Assembly: GCA_963733675.1 (NCBI GenBank)
Contig: CAVTET010000004.1
Span: 672,001-736,000, forward strand
Direction of reading: 5' to 3'
From: an uncultured Methanosarcinaceae archaeon
GTDB lineage: Archaea > Halobacteriota > Methanosarcinia > Methanosarcinales > Methanosarcinaceae
Length of the DNA: 64,000 nucleotides
The notes beneath the pieces are model-generated. The model saw only the letters and a list, made by a program, of their open reading frames with translations, was not told the origin of the DNA and did no database searches. Shown here piece by piece: positions 33,541-45,008 of this stretch. Position 1 is the first letter of the stretch; each line of letters starts with the position of its first letter. Made by a program: the position numbers and the translations under genes.

Positions 33541-35249
33541 TCTTTACCCCTCCGTTTCCATTCTGGTATCAGGCCTGCCGGAATCTGCATTTTCACATCA
33601 AAAAGTCTCCCCACGGTGTTCCAACCACTGACGACGTTAAAAACTTCACTATTAACAACCTCAGCTTCGCTCGCATAATCTGAAATTCCAAATTTTTCTA
33701 AACGTTTCCGAAAAAGTTTTGCAGCAAGTACTTCAGCTTCATCTAAACTTATTTTGTTGAAATTGACGATACTTGTTACGTCAAAGCTAATAATTTCTCC
33801 CTCTTCAGCGACTGAATATATTTTTTGCTCAGTATCTATATGAAGGTTTAAAGTAAGCGTAGGCCTTGCAACAGCTACTCCTATAGCGTTGCCCACTTCT
33901 GCATAATCAGGAATAAAAGATTTTGCACCAAGTTTTTCTGCAATTTCTTTGATAAGACTTCTTGCCCCCCCTCCTATTCCTACCACTCTTTGTGGCTTTG
34001 CTTTCTTCTCTTGCAGAACTTCCCATATATTGTAAGCAGGCTCCTGTTTCCATTCAAAGAACATATCATTGACTGCTTCAACAATCATTTGCGTTGTTTT
34101 ATCTACTATAATGGATGCGGTTTCAATTTCGGATTTTCCAAGTCTGGATGCTGTGGATGTAATTGCTTCTCTTGCTTGTTTGAGATCTCCAATCTCAATA
34201 AGCCCTAGAACTCTCAGGGCATCAGTTGGGGTAGTCTTATCCCCACCCATACAGTAAGCAGGCCCGGCCCTATCAGGGCCGATAGTGATCATATTTGTAC
34301 CGTTTTTTGAATCCACTACTCTAACAACACTGTCTCCTCCAACAGCTATAGATCGGACTGCAAAAGACCTGACATGTGTTAAGAAGCCTCCAATTTTTGC
34401 GCCTTTAGAAGCAAAAAGGGGTTTTCCTGAAAGGATCAACGCAAGGTCTGTAGTAGTTCCTCCGATGTCCACTACCACGGATGTCTCCCCCTCAGGGCTA
34501 AGGGCAAGGGCCCCGATCATGCTAGCAGCAGGGCCCGAAAAGATAGTTTCTACAGGGAACTCGATTGATTTTTCAATTGGGAGAGCTCCTCCGTCGGCTT
34601 TAAGGATATATACTGGGGCTTTGATATTTCTTTCCTCAAGAGCTGTTATAACGTCCTCAACAAATTTCTGATAACGTGCTCTGGTTGAGGATGTAAGCAT
34701 TGCAGTTGCGATTCGTCTTGGGAAGTTCAGTTTTCCTGAAACTTTATGTCCGAGTTCCAGTTTGCAGTCCGGATATATTTCTTTGAAGATTTCCTCAATC
34801 ACATGTTCATGAAAGGGGTTCCTCTGCCCGAATTTGCTTACAACAGCTGCCCTGGAAAATCCTAATTTCCGGATCAAGTTCACTGTTTTTCGAGCCTCAG
34901 CTGCATCTAGAGCCTGAATTTCTCTTCCCCTATAATCTATAGCCCCTTTGAGATAAAAGCTGTCAGAAAAAGAATAACTTGCAGGGTTAATACCAGGTCC
35001 TGGAATTAGTACTAGAGCCACTCGATCAGTTTTACCCTCCGCGATGAGATTTGTTATCACCGTAGTGCTGAATACCACCCTTTCTAACTGCTCGGGGAAG
35101 ATATCTCTGCTGATCGCATCAAGAGCTTCCAGCAGGGAGTTTAGAATATTTTCTGACTCAGTGGAAACCTTAGCAGTACTGCATACTTCTCCATTCCGGA
35201 TAAGCACAGCATCCGTGGTGGTGCCTCCTACATCAATTCCTATTAACAT
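33537..35249 (-). CDS. Hydantoinase A/oxoprolinase-family protein
   Basis: IGIDVGGTTTD, STTVITN, FSGPAAS, VDIGGTTTD, GGDS, GPACY-like GPAYC, TPTDA, NAIG; overlaps HDAC start (ATGA). Confidence 0.93.
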   Translation of the reverse strand: MLIGIDVGGTTTDAVLIRNGEVCSTAKVSTESENILNSLLEALDAISRDIFPEQLERVVFSTTVITNLIAEGKTDRVALVLIPGPGINPASYSFSDSFYLKGAIDYRGREIQALDAAEARKTVNLIRKLGFSRAAVVSKFGQRNPFHEHVIEEIFKEIYPDCKLELGHKVSGKLNFPRRIATAMLTSSTRARYQKFVEDVITALEERNIKAPVYILKADGGALPIEKSIEFPVETIFSGPAASMIGALALSPEGETSVVVDIGGTTTDLALILSGKPLFASKGAKIGGFLTHVRSFAVRSIAVGGDSVVRVVDSKNGTNMITIGPDRAGPAYCMGGDKTTPTDALRVLGLIEIGDLKQAREAITSTASRLGKSEIETASIIVDKTTQMIVEAVNDMFFEWKQEPAYNIWEVLQEKKAKPQRVVGIGGGARSLIKEIAEKLGAKSFIPDYAEVGNAIGVAVARPTLTLNLHIDTEQKIYSVAEEGEIISFDVTSIVNFNKISLDEAEVLAAKLFRKRLEKFGISDYASEAEVVNSEVFNVVSGWNTVGRLFDVKMQIPAGLIPEWKRRGKE

Positions 35250-35450
35250 TCACAATTCGCCTTTCCTCACCTGAATTTTTCGTCAAAATAAGACAAAGTA
35301 AAGTCTTTAATATGTCTGGATATAAGATCATCCTTGACCGTAAGAGCTCTGGAAAAACTGCTCTTGCACAGCAATTTTCTCAAAATTACAAAAGCAATAT
35401 ATTATTTGTTCATTATTGAAACAAATAATGAATATGGAATTACTAAGTAA

Positions 35451-37026
35451 ATGTTCTACATTTTTAAATATGGAATCAAGCTCATATTTGTAAATAAAAC
35501 TATTGCTGAGGCATATGGGGCTCCCGAAGAGGACGTTAAAAAAGGTACTCAAGTGGAGGTAGATCTTGGGGATGTTGTGTTTGAATTGAACAAAGGAGAA
35601 GGCATCTCCCTGACAATTGAAGGTGTCCTCAGAAGGCTCAGAAAGTTAAAAAGAGTATCATGGAGACGGAAGTCACGAATCAAAAAATCAGGATCCTTTC
35701 TGAGATCTTGCAGCGGGCCAATCCTAAAGAAGGGAAATATATACTTAGAATCATTATTGGAAAGCTTAGGCTGGGATTTGGAGACCAGTTTTTGCTCTAA
35801 GAATTTTCTATTGCCTTTCTCGGAGACAAAAAGTATCTAGGAAAAATCAAAGAAAGCTACAGCATCTGCACTGGTATTGGGAGCTTGCAGAAGCTTTTGT
35901 CGAATATGGCTCCCAGGCTCTTGGATATTTTTCCATAAAATTGGGTAGACCTGTAAGTTAATGCTTGCTTAGCGAGTTGAAAATTTCGAAAAACTCGAAG
36001 AAAGAGTTCCAGGGAAAAAGGCGGCTGAAGAAAAATATGATAGAGAGGTTACAGATCCATATAAACGGAAACGAGATCCAAGCCTTTTCTCGAAGACTGG
36101 AAAATATAACTTTCCAATATCTTGATCCCATCGAAGCTATTAGAAAAAGTGTTCTTGTAGACAGAATCGTGCTTGATGGGGAAATAGTTGCATATATTGA
36201 GGGCAAAAAAAGAAATGAAAGAATAAAATAATTATATTCATTCCAAAAACTGATGCAAAGGCGAAGAAAATGCGAAATTGAAAATACATGGAACTATGCC
36301 CCGTAGATGTCTTCTTTTTCGACATTTTTTATCTGGAAGGAAAACCTCTCTTGAAAAAATCCTACTCAATGAAAAGAACTCTTCTTGAAAAGTATGTAAA
36401 GGAATCAGGAGTAGTTAACTTAGTTAGGAGAATTGTCACTGAAAACCTTGAAGAAATCGAGGACTTTTTAATGAAACCCTGGGAAAAAGACTTGAAGGAA
36501 TTATAATTAAAGCTATGAATAACACTTCGATCTACGAAGCCGAAAAAAGAAGCTGGCTCTGGCTCAAATGGAAAGAAAAATATGCTGAGGGAATGATGGA
36601 AACCTTTGATCCAGTAATTGTTGGAAAATATTATGGTAAGGGAGAAGGAAGAGTTCATTTGGAGGTCTCCTTTGCGTAGCCCTTAACGCAGAAAAGCAGC
36701 GTTTTGAAACCTTTACAAAAGTAGACACAGGTTTCACGGATGAGGAAGCAAAAGAAATTGACAACTTGCTTTCAGAGCACATTGTACCTGAAATCCCACA
36801 AAACTTCTTTATAAAAGTAAAATGCTTCCAGATATCTTCATAGAATCAGTTGTGGTTATTGAAGTCCTAGGTACAAAAATTACATAAAGTCCAGGACACA
36901 CGGCTGGTGCGGGAAAAAACAGGATTTGCACTGCGTTTTCCTCGCTTTTTACGTATAAGATACGATAAAGAGCTACATGATGTCACGACAGTTAGAGAGA
37001 TCTGGAATTTGAAGGGAGGAATTTGA
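35451..37026 (+). pseudogene. ATP-dependent DNA ligase pseudogene
   Basis: Scattered motifs DLGDV, RLQIH, FSRRLE, LDGE, FDIFYLEG, EGIIIK, WLKWK, TGFTD, ALRFPRFLRIRYDK; many frameshifts and deletions; ends approximate. Confidence 0.88.
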
Positions 37027-37114
37027 GGGTTTACCGGGGAACAAGAAAAAAGTAGAAGAAAATAAGTAAAAATAGAAGGGGAAAATAAAGTAAAATGAGG
37101 ACGGGGAAAAACCA

Positions 37115-38882
37115 TTGAAAAATCGCGAGATTGCTGAGCTGTTTTATAATGCTGCTGACATTCTTGAATACCAGCAGGTTGAATGGAAACCACGGGCTTA
37201 CAGGAAAGCAGCTGAGATGATAGAAAACTTTGGTGAGGATATAGAAAAACTCTATGAAAGAAGAGGTAAAGATGGGCTGATTGAAATTCCAGGTGTTGGA
37301 ATATCTATTGCCGATCATATTGCTGAGTATCTAGAAACCGGCAAGGTGGAAAAATTTAAAAAACTTAAAGGAAAAGCTCCTTCAGGAACTTCGGAATTGA
37401 TGGAAATCTGGGGACTTGGTGCAAAGAGACTGAAAAAACTTGCCGATGGCCTAGGGATAAGAACTCTTTCAGATCTCAAAAACGCAATCCTTGCTCACAA
37501 AATTCGGGAGCTCAAAGATTTCGGAGAAAGAAGCGAAGAGAATCTCTTAAAGGCAGTTGAACATTATGAAAAGAGTCACGATAGAATATCTATTGAAAAG
37601 GTACTTCCACTTGCAGAAGAACTCATTTCAGCCTTAAAAGCTGAATGTGAGAGTAAGATCTGTAAAATAGATCTCTCGAAGATAATCTGCACAGGCTCCC
37701 TTCGCAGGTTAAAAGAAACAATTAGGGATATCGATATCCTAGCTGAAGCAGAAAAAGAAGAAGCATTAAAGATAATGGATGCTTTTGTCTCCCTTCCTGA
37801 AGTTGAACAGATCATCTTGAAAGGTAGCACAAAAAGCAGTGTGATTTTGAAAGGAGGAACATCTATTGACCTGAGGGTAGTCTCGTCTGAAAGTTATGGA
37901 GCAGCTCTTCAATATTTTACAGGTTCGAAGGTGCACAACATAGAACTTAGAAATATTGCCTTCAGGAAAGGTTATAAGCTTTCAGAATATGGTCTATATT
38001 CAAAAGAGTCCGGGGAACAAATTGCAGGAAAAAGTGAAGAGTCTATTTATAAAAAGCTGGGCCTTGCCTATATACCTCCCGAGCTTCGTGAAAACAGGGG
38101 AGAAATTAAGGCTGCAGCAAAAAATACCCTCCCGAAGCTTATAGAAGCTGGAGACCTCAGAGGAGATCTCCATATGCACACAAACTATAGCGAAGGCAGA
38201 GAGGCCTTGAAACTATGATGAGAAGGCGGAATCTCTTGGCTATGAATACGTCTCCATAACCGATCGTTCTCGCTCTCAGAGAATTGCTAATGGAATGGGA
38301 ATAGAAAAATTAAAAGCCCAATGGAAAGAAATCGGTAAACTCTCAAAACGCTTCAAGATAAAAATCCTTAGAGGTTCTGAGGTTGAGATCCTTAAAGATG
38401 GAAGTTTGGACTATCCGGACGAAATCCTCAAGGAACTTGATATTGTAGTAGGAGCGGAACACTCCGGTTTTTCAGTCCCTCAAAAAAAGATGACAGAAAG
38501 GATAATTACAGCTCTGGAAAACAGGTACCTCGACATCCTTGCTCATCCTTCTGGCAGGCTCCTTGGGAAAAGGAAAGCTTATGAAGTGGATTTCGAAAAA
38601 GTTTTTGATACAGCGGTCGCAAATGGAAAAGTGATGGAAATAAACAGTCAGCCTTCCAGGCTTGACCTTAACGATGAGCTTATTCTTCCAGCAAAGGATT
38701 TGGGCTTAAAGTTTTGCATTTCCACTGACAGCCATTCTATTTTTGACCTTGCGTTCATACGATCCGGGCTTGGGCAGGCACGTTGGGGCTGGCTCGAAAA
38801 AAAGGATGTTGTGAATACATATCCATACTCCAAACTTAAGGAAGTTTTCAAAAAATTCAAACTCTGGCCTGATTCGTATTAG
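37115..38882 (+). pseudogene. polX: DNA polymerase X-PHP, split by frameshifts
   Basis: IPGVG, GSLRR, DIDIL, YFTGSK, LSEYGL, IPPELRE, DLHMHT; indels near 38200-38225; PHP half HPSGR, EINSQP, TDSHS. Confidence 0.9.
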
Positions 38883-38999
38883 AGGACTTACGCAATTGAA
38901 TTACAAAATCAAGCCCAATAGATATTGTGATCAAATTCACTTTTTAGACAATAGAAGATTTTGATGTTATTTATTTCTCCGTTCAACTGCGTAAATCCT
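38883..38999. mobile_element. 117-bp MITE, family D
   Basis: IRs AGGACTTACGCAATTGAA / TTCAACTGCGTAAATCCT. Confidence 0.8.
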
Positions 39000-39044
39000 T
39001 TTGTTTACTCAAGAGAGTAAAAAATGCTACAGAAACATCACACA

Positions 39045-39404
39045 TCAGGACAAGTCATCTTTGACCTGGCTACACTGCAATACACTTGTCATTCCACAAT
39101 TCAAAAGACTCAATGATTTAAATATACCTTCACCTACACTTATTCCTTCTAGAGCGCATTTTTTCATCAAACGATCGTAAAGGACTTCATTTTCACTTTT
39201 AATAAAGTCGCACATTTCCGAAATAAATTCATCTGTTATAAGTGGCTCTTTTTTGTTTACCCAACTATCAATTGACTCGATCAGATATTGACGCATAGAT
39301 TTATTCTTTCCAATATCCGTAAGATTCGTAAAAGCACATTCGTCTATGCTTAAAACCCACTTACCAAGTTTATACTTAAATATATCTCCACTATCGTCTT
39401 CCAA
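39045..39404 (-). CDS. Hypothetical protein, paralogue of 31537-31905
   Basis: End-to-end similarity to 31537-31905; TTG start. Confidence 0.85.
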   Translation of the reverse strand: MEDDSGDIFKYKLGKWVLSIDECAFTNLTDIGKNKSMRQYLIESIDSWVNKKEPLITDEFISEMCDFIKSENEVLYDRLMKKCALEGISVGEGIFKSLSLLNCGMTSVLQCSQVKDDLS

Positions 39405-39471
39405 AAAGATCTCTCCACAATAATTAAATTCTCACAATAATTAATGGCTTCATGATATTTAAGTCATAATG

Positions 39472-39590
39472 GGGCTATAAGCGGTAGAGGTATATAATAA
39501 AGCACAATAGCCATTATGATTGAAATTTTACATTTTGGTCAGTTAAAGGTTTAGTATTTAATGTTTTCTCTGTTCAATTGCGTAAGTCCT
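39472..39590. mobile_element. Family D MITE (left end degenerate)
   Basis: Right end TTCAATTGCGTAAGTCCT; length matches family; a more decayed copy at ~40237-40352. Confidence 0.6.
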
Positions 39591-39869
39591 AAGGAATTAA
39601 TCCAGAAATCAAAAGTGGTTAAACTCTCTGATTAGAAAATTGGCTTATTCCCATCCAGTATGTTAAACTTTTTGAACACACTTTGGCTTTTTTTCATTAA
39701 AGGTTTTTTAAAAGTATCTTAAATGGTCTATAGCTACTTTTATACATAAAAGGTAGCTTTTATTCCTTTTCGGTCATTCTTGGAAAGCCTTAAAAGCTTG
39801 CATCTGTAGTGATTTCGAGAAATGAATATGTTTTGCTATAAAAGTTTATGCATCATTATAAACAATATT

Positions 39870-40223
39870 AACAGAAGCTTTGTTAGTAAAACTATTGGCT
39901 TTGCATCCTAATTTTTGCAGTGAAGGAAAAGATAAAGAGTCAGTGATATTTCACGGAGCTTTAGCTACTTTATCAAAGAAAAATACGAAAGTTAAACTTA
40001 AAATTTAAAAAATAGCAATATTTTATGACAATGGTTGTTATCTTCGTAAAGTATGATATTTGTCGTTAGGCAAAAAGGAAGTCATATATCACTTCAAAAA
40101 ATCACTCTTGAAGAGACTTACAGAATAGTTGTTCCTTTATATACAAGACTTGCCAAAGGAAAACTTATTGATATTATTCATCAGACTGACGTAAGCAAAG
40201 AAAAATTAATAGATTTCTTCTAA
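39870..40223 (+). pseudogene. Decayed HicB-HicA toxin-antitoxin remnant
   Basis: HicA-like KKGSHISLQK...IVVPL...LAKGKLIDII; weak HicB-like SEGKDKES upstream. Confidence 0.6.
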
Positions 40224-40534
40224 ATCTTATACAGATAGGAGTTATGTACTCGATGGATAAAATCAGATACAGGCAGCCTCATCTGAATTGTTGAAATTTA
40301 AACAACTAAGTATTATAATGTTGTTGTTTTTCAGTTCAACCTCATGGGCCCTAAAAGAGAGCAAAAATAAATGCATCGATCCCAGAGCACATACACAAAT
40401 CTGGACTTTTGAATATATAGATTTTTTTCATATCCTCTGGAATCGCGAAAGTTTATCATTAATTTCACTAACTATTGACTACAATCAATTCAAAACCCAG
40501 TAACTAATAAAAAGTCTTTAGAATCTTGTTCTAA

Positions 40535-41307
40535 TTAATTCTTGATGGCTGATAAAAGATAAGCTTTTCTGCTGCTCGGATCGAACCTCGTATCGAAAGT
40601 TGTATCTTTTATATAGATAATATTGAAAAAAGGCGTGAAAGTATGTTCTATTTCGGTTTTTGATAGTTTTATGGGTCCGTCTTCTGAGAGCTCTTTATCG
40701 GAGAAACACAGCATGAAATATTTACCGCCTGTCTTAAGCACCCTCCAGACTTGTCGCGCAAAAAAGTGCCTCTCCTCATCCATCATTGCATGAAACAAGC
40801 CAGAGTCGATGACTACATCGAACTCCCCCTCCATGAAAAGATGGTCTATCTGTAACACATTTCCGACTACAAAATTTACCTTAACATGACGCTCTATAGT
40901 CTTTGCCTTTGCGCTGGAGATCGCAGCTTCAGCTAGGTCTATACCTGTGACATCATAGCCGTTCATAGCTAACATTATAGCGCTTTCCCCCCTCCCACAC
41001 CCTATATCCAAAACCCGGCCAGGTATGACTCGTTGGCGTTTATAAAAGCCTGAAAAGGGGGTTGTGGGTGATCAAGGTCCCACGGCGGCACGCTCTTATA
41101 TGCTTCATCCCAGTATTTTAAAAATTCATTTGGATTCTTTTTTCTGGCCTCTCTAAATAAGTTTTCTTTCGATTGAAATTTTTGTAATAGAGTCATTTCG
41201 GTAACATTTGCCTCTTGTGCGATTCTGCGTGTAGTTGCATCCGCATATCCTTCGCTAATTAATACCTTTAAAGCGGCATCCAAAATTTTTTCTTCTGTAT
41301 CTGGCAT
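40535..41307 (-). pseudogene. TetR-HTH/class I SAM methyltransferase fusion, frameshifted
   Basis: KILDAA, ATTRRIAQEANV; WDEAY/PPWD; 1-nt indel near 41028 separates it from LDIGCGRG, VIDSGLFH. Confidence 0.85.
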
Positions 41308-42053
41308 GATAGTAAAATCACTCTTTTCAACTATTTATGTTTCACTTTATTTACAACCTATTTTTAGGTTGTATTTAATTACTATGAGAGTGCTAAGGAG
41401 AATGAATACTGAGAATTTTTAACAATCTAGGGTCACCAACCTACCATTGATCTCACTGGCAATTGACTGCAATCAATCAGGAACTCAAAATAAAAAAAAT
41501 TGTAACTATTTAGTGAACAGCATAGCGAAAATTCTGCAAATTCTAACTGACTCTGTACCTTTTTTCCATCATAAAAAACTGGATTTGTCGTTTTTGCCCA
41601 TTTATAGGTTTTGCTATAAATCTATGCATGTACTGAAGAGACAAGGGTTAAGATAGTAATGGGGTGGCTAGGTAATTGAATAGGGTAAAAAGTGAAGAAG
41701 AAGGTTTAACGAATTACTAAACTTGTATCCATCAAACTCTGTATAAGCTCATCCATCATTACATTGTTGATATTTTCATGATAAGTTTTCATTGTAATGA
41801 ACGCTTGCATTTTTATGCATCGAAGCACATGTCTTTGTAGCACCAAGACGGAATTTTGGAACAGAGGCAAGAAATAAATGTATATATATAAAACGTCGAT
41901 TTTGAATCTATATATACACCATGTAGCTTAATCTAATTTAATAGTCACTGTAAAAGTTTCAAATTTTAAATGAGTTTATTTCTTATAAATTTCATGCTTT
42001 GTTATCGAAATCCTTTACCATGACTAATGGTAATATTATTGACATTGTTTCAA

Positions 42054-42338
42054 TTATTTACTTGAAGAATTTGTCGATGTTGATGATGTTTCTGGGAATA
42101 TAGCCACTCCTGCTAAATTTGGACTTGGAGCTGCAGGTGCTGGAGCTGCAGGTGCTGTAGTTTGAATGGTATATGGCATTCCCGAGTATGCAGGGCAAAG
42201 CCAATTATTACCACCCACCCACATACAACCAGGACCATAGCCCCAGCCACCATGACCGCCTCCATGTGCACTAGCTGTCACTGCTGTCAACGATACTACA
42301 AAAAGTACTGTTAGCAAAATAGCAAATACCTTTTTCAT
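42054..42338 (-). CDS. Small secreted Gly/Trp/Pro-rich protein
   Basis: Sec signal MKKVFAILLTVLFVVSLTAVTASA; two Cys; PAA repeats. Confidence 0.75.
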   Translation of the reverse strand: MKKVFAILLTVLFVVSLTAVTASAHGGGHGGWGYGPGCMWVGGNNWLCPAYSGMPYTIQTTAPAAPAPAAPSPNLAGVAIFPETSSTSTNSSSK

Positions 42339-42720
42339 TTCACTATATGATTGTTTCAACATTTATTTCACTCCTTTATATTTTGTCTAATCAATAGCAA
42401 GTTAAAACATAGAAGATTTTAACAAACCTCTGATTTCAACAAATTACGCATATTGCCGGTAATGTAGTGGATATTCAATCATATTTATCATTTTCTATTT
42501 GAAATGCAGACGATTGAATCGTATCTAGATATACCGCATCAAAAACTAGATAGTGTACCTACAATTCTGTAAATTGTTATTGATTCGGTGTCTTTTTCTT
42601 CCCAATGAAAAACAAGAATTAATCCGCCTGTTAGCAAAAAGAGTTGAAGATTCCGGGAAAAATAAGCTTTAAAGCATCGGGTTGATTATCTCACTAACTA
42701 CACAAACAATAGTTTATTGT

Positions 42721-43577
42721 GGTTCCGTTGCAAAAAATCCTTTCTAATGATACAATAGATTAAAAAGAAAACCAAAGACAGTAATATGCTATCTATATTC
42801 CTTTAAGTGGAAACATTACGAAGGAGAAATTATCCTATTAAATGTAAGATGGTACCTAAAATATCCATTGAGCTATAGAAATTTAAAGGAAATGATGATA
42901 GAAAGGGGAATTCAAGTTGATCACAGTACTATAATGAGATGGGTGCATCAATATTCCCCTGAAATAGAACAGAAGATAAGAAGACATTTAAGACCAACAA
43001 ATGATTCGTGGAGAGTTGATGAAACCTATATCAAAATAAAAGGTAAATGGAAATATTTTTACCGAGCAGTTGACTAAGATGGCGACACAATTGAATTCAT
43101 GTTAAGTTCAAAACGAAGTCGAAAAGCAGCAAAGCGATTCTTTAAGAAGGCTTTGAGTTCTAATCATAATCAAATTCCAAGAGTAATAACCGTTGATAAG
43201 AATCAAGCTTATACACCTGCTATAGATAAACTGAAAAACGATAAAATACTACCTAAAAACGTAGGCATTCGGCAAATCAAGTATTTGAATAACATTATGG
43301 AACAAGATCATAGATCTATAAAGCGAATCGTTAATCCAATGTTAGGATTTCAGTCTTTTCGATCTGCTAATAAGACTTTAAAAGAAATTGAAGCTATGAA
43401 TATGATTAAAAAAGGACAAGTAAATGATCTAAATTACTCTGTTTTTAATGAAGTCAAATACATTAATCAATTGTTTGATATAGTTTTATAATATTAGTAC
43501 ATTTTCCTTGAATATTTTAATTTTTATTCATTACTTATGGACTTACATATTTTTTTTGGATTTTTTGCAACGGAACC
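42721..43577 (+). mobile_element. IS6-family element, full length (857 bp), transposase inactivated
   Basis: IR GGTTCCGTTGCAAAAAATCC at both ends; early frameshift and TAA at 43075; no target duplication. Confidence 0.93.
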
Positions 43578-43855
43578 GGATTACGTATATTCGATGCAAT
43601 TTAGTTTAAGTAGTTACTCTGTAAAATGCATGTAAAAAATATATTTGATATCATGTTGGAAAGTAAAAAGGTGATCTTCCAATATGAATTTTATTTGTAT
43701 TTGGTTAAGATAAAAAACATCAAAAAAAGTTATTTTATGCCAAATATCCATTTTTTTTCTTATTCGTTTCCTTGATTTGTATGCATCAGTTCAATTTACA
43801 TTATAAAAATAGCTAAAAACCATGAATCAGTTAGTCAATAATAGTTCTCGGAGAA

Positions 43856-44224
43856 TTAGACAGTTAAGAGTTTAACGTGTTCAACTGTGTAAGTCCGACT
43901 CTCTTTCCAAGCTCTATAATTTCGTAAGTCAGCTCCAATTAATTTAGTAGCTATATAAAGCACAGCGAGATCATCTACAAATACAACTTTTTTCATTTCC
44001 CTGATGAGAGGTATACCGATACAAATGCCAATACCTATTAACGCAACTATCGTTTTCCACGGAACCTTTGGGTATTCGTTATTCAGGAAGTCGTGCAACA
44101 TAGAAACTGTTAGTTTGCCCTCTTCTAGAAGTTTATCGAGAAATTCTGGTATACCATCATAATTTCCTTTTTTAAGAAATCCCATAATATCAGAAAACAT
44201 TTGCTTCGTGTTTACTTCGTTCAT
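43856..44224 (-). CDS. YkvA/DUF1232-like membrane protein (possibly degenerate)
   Basis: YPKVPWKTI, IP...FVDDLAVL, DLRNYRAWKE. Confidence 0.6.
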   Translation of the reverse strand: MNEVNTKQMFSDIMGFLKKGNYDGIPEFLDKLLEEGKLTVSMLHDFLNNEYPKVPWKTIVALIGIGICIGIPLIREMKKVVFVDDLAVLYIATKLIGADLRNYRAWKESRTYTVEHVKLLTV

Positions 44225-45008
44225 GATATTTCCTTCAATTCTTCTCGATTATATCTATGCACCTCACAGTTAAACAATACAACTTACATTTGAAGGCTAT
44301 ATGATCAGTAAAGTTATTTATAAGATTCTGTAAGTGATTTTGTATTTTCACCCTTTGCTCAATTCTATCATTGGATTGAGCAAAAAACATGTGAATTTTA
44401 AAAAATTATTAAAAAACTTGATCGTGCATCATTAGCTGGTTAATAATTTTATATTAGAATACATTTGCTCAACAGCACCATTTTTCGGAGCTTACACGCA
44501 TCCAGAGAATCAAAACTACACCACGAAAAAAATGAGATACAAAGGGCAAAATGTGACTTTTTTTGGATAAACATCAACTCATTATTAAGAGACAACCAAA
44601 TAGTTTGAATTTTCAGACAGGTTCTTAAGGACACTACTTTAGATCTCCCTTTTTCGTCTTTTTTCTTTCACCACAAAAATAGGATTTATCGTTTTTACTG
44701 ATGCGAAAGTATTCATACAAAAACTGTGTATAAATGAAAATTTAAAACCAGAAGTTTTGTAAATAAAAATATTGACTCTGGATCTGTTTTGTGATGAAGT
44801 AAAGTGATACAAAGCCAATTGGAATTTAAAGATTTTTAGATGCATTGTAATAAGAGCAGAGTTGACTTTAAAATTTGAATATATTACTGGTGTCTATCTA
44901 CTCAATAATTAGCATTTCCATATCTACTGGTTAGTTTAAGGGTTCGACACACAGTCACAATTTGGGTAGTAATGACCATGGTAGTAGTGGTGATTCCTTG
45001 AGTCTATT

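Noticed and set aside
33537-35249. Hydantoinase-family gene as methanofuran enzyme MfnF
   Set aside because: Much longer than MfnF-type proteins, coupled to HDAC and not linked to mfnA
41002-41011. TAG readthrough joining TetR and methyltransferase
   Set aside because: The two ORFs are in different frames; it is a frameshift
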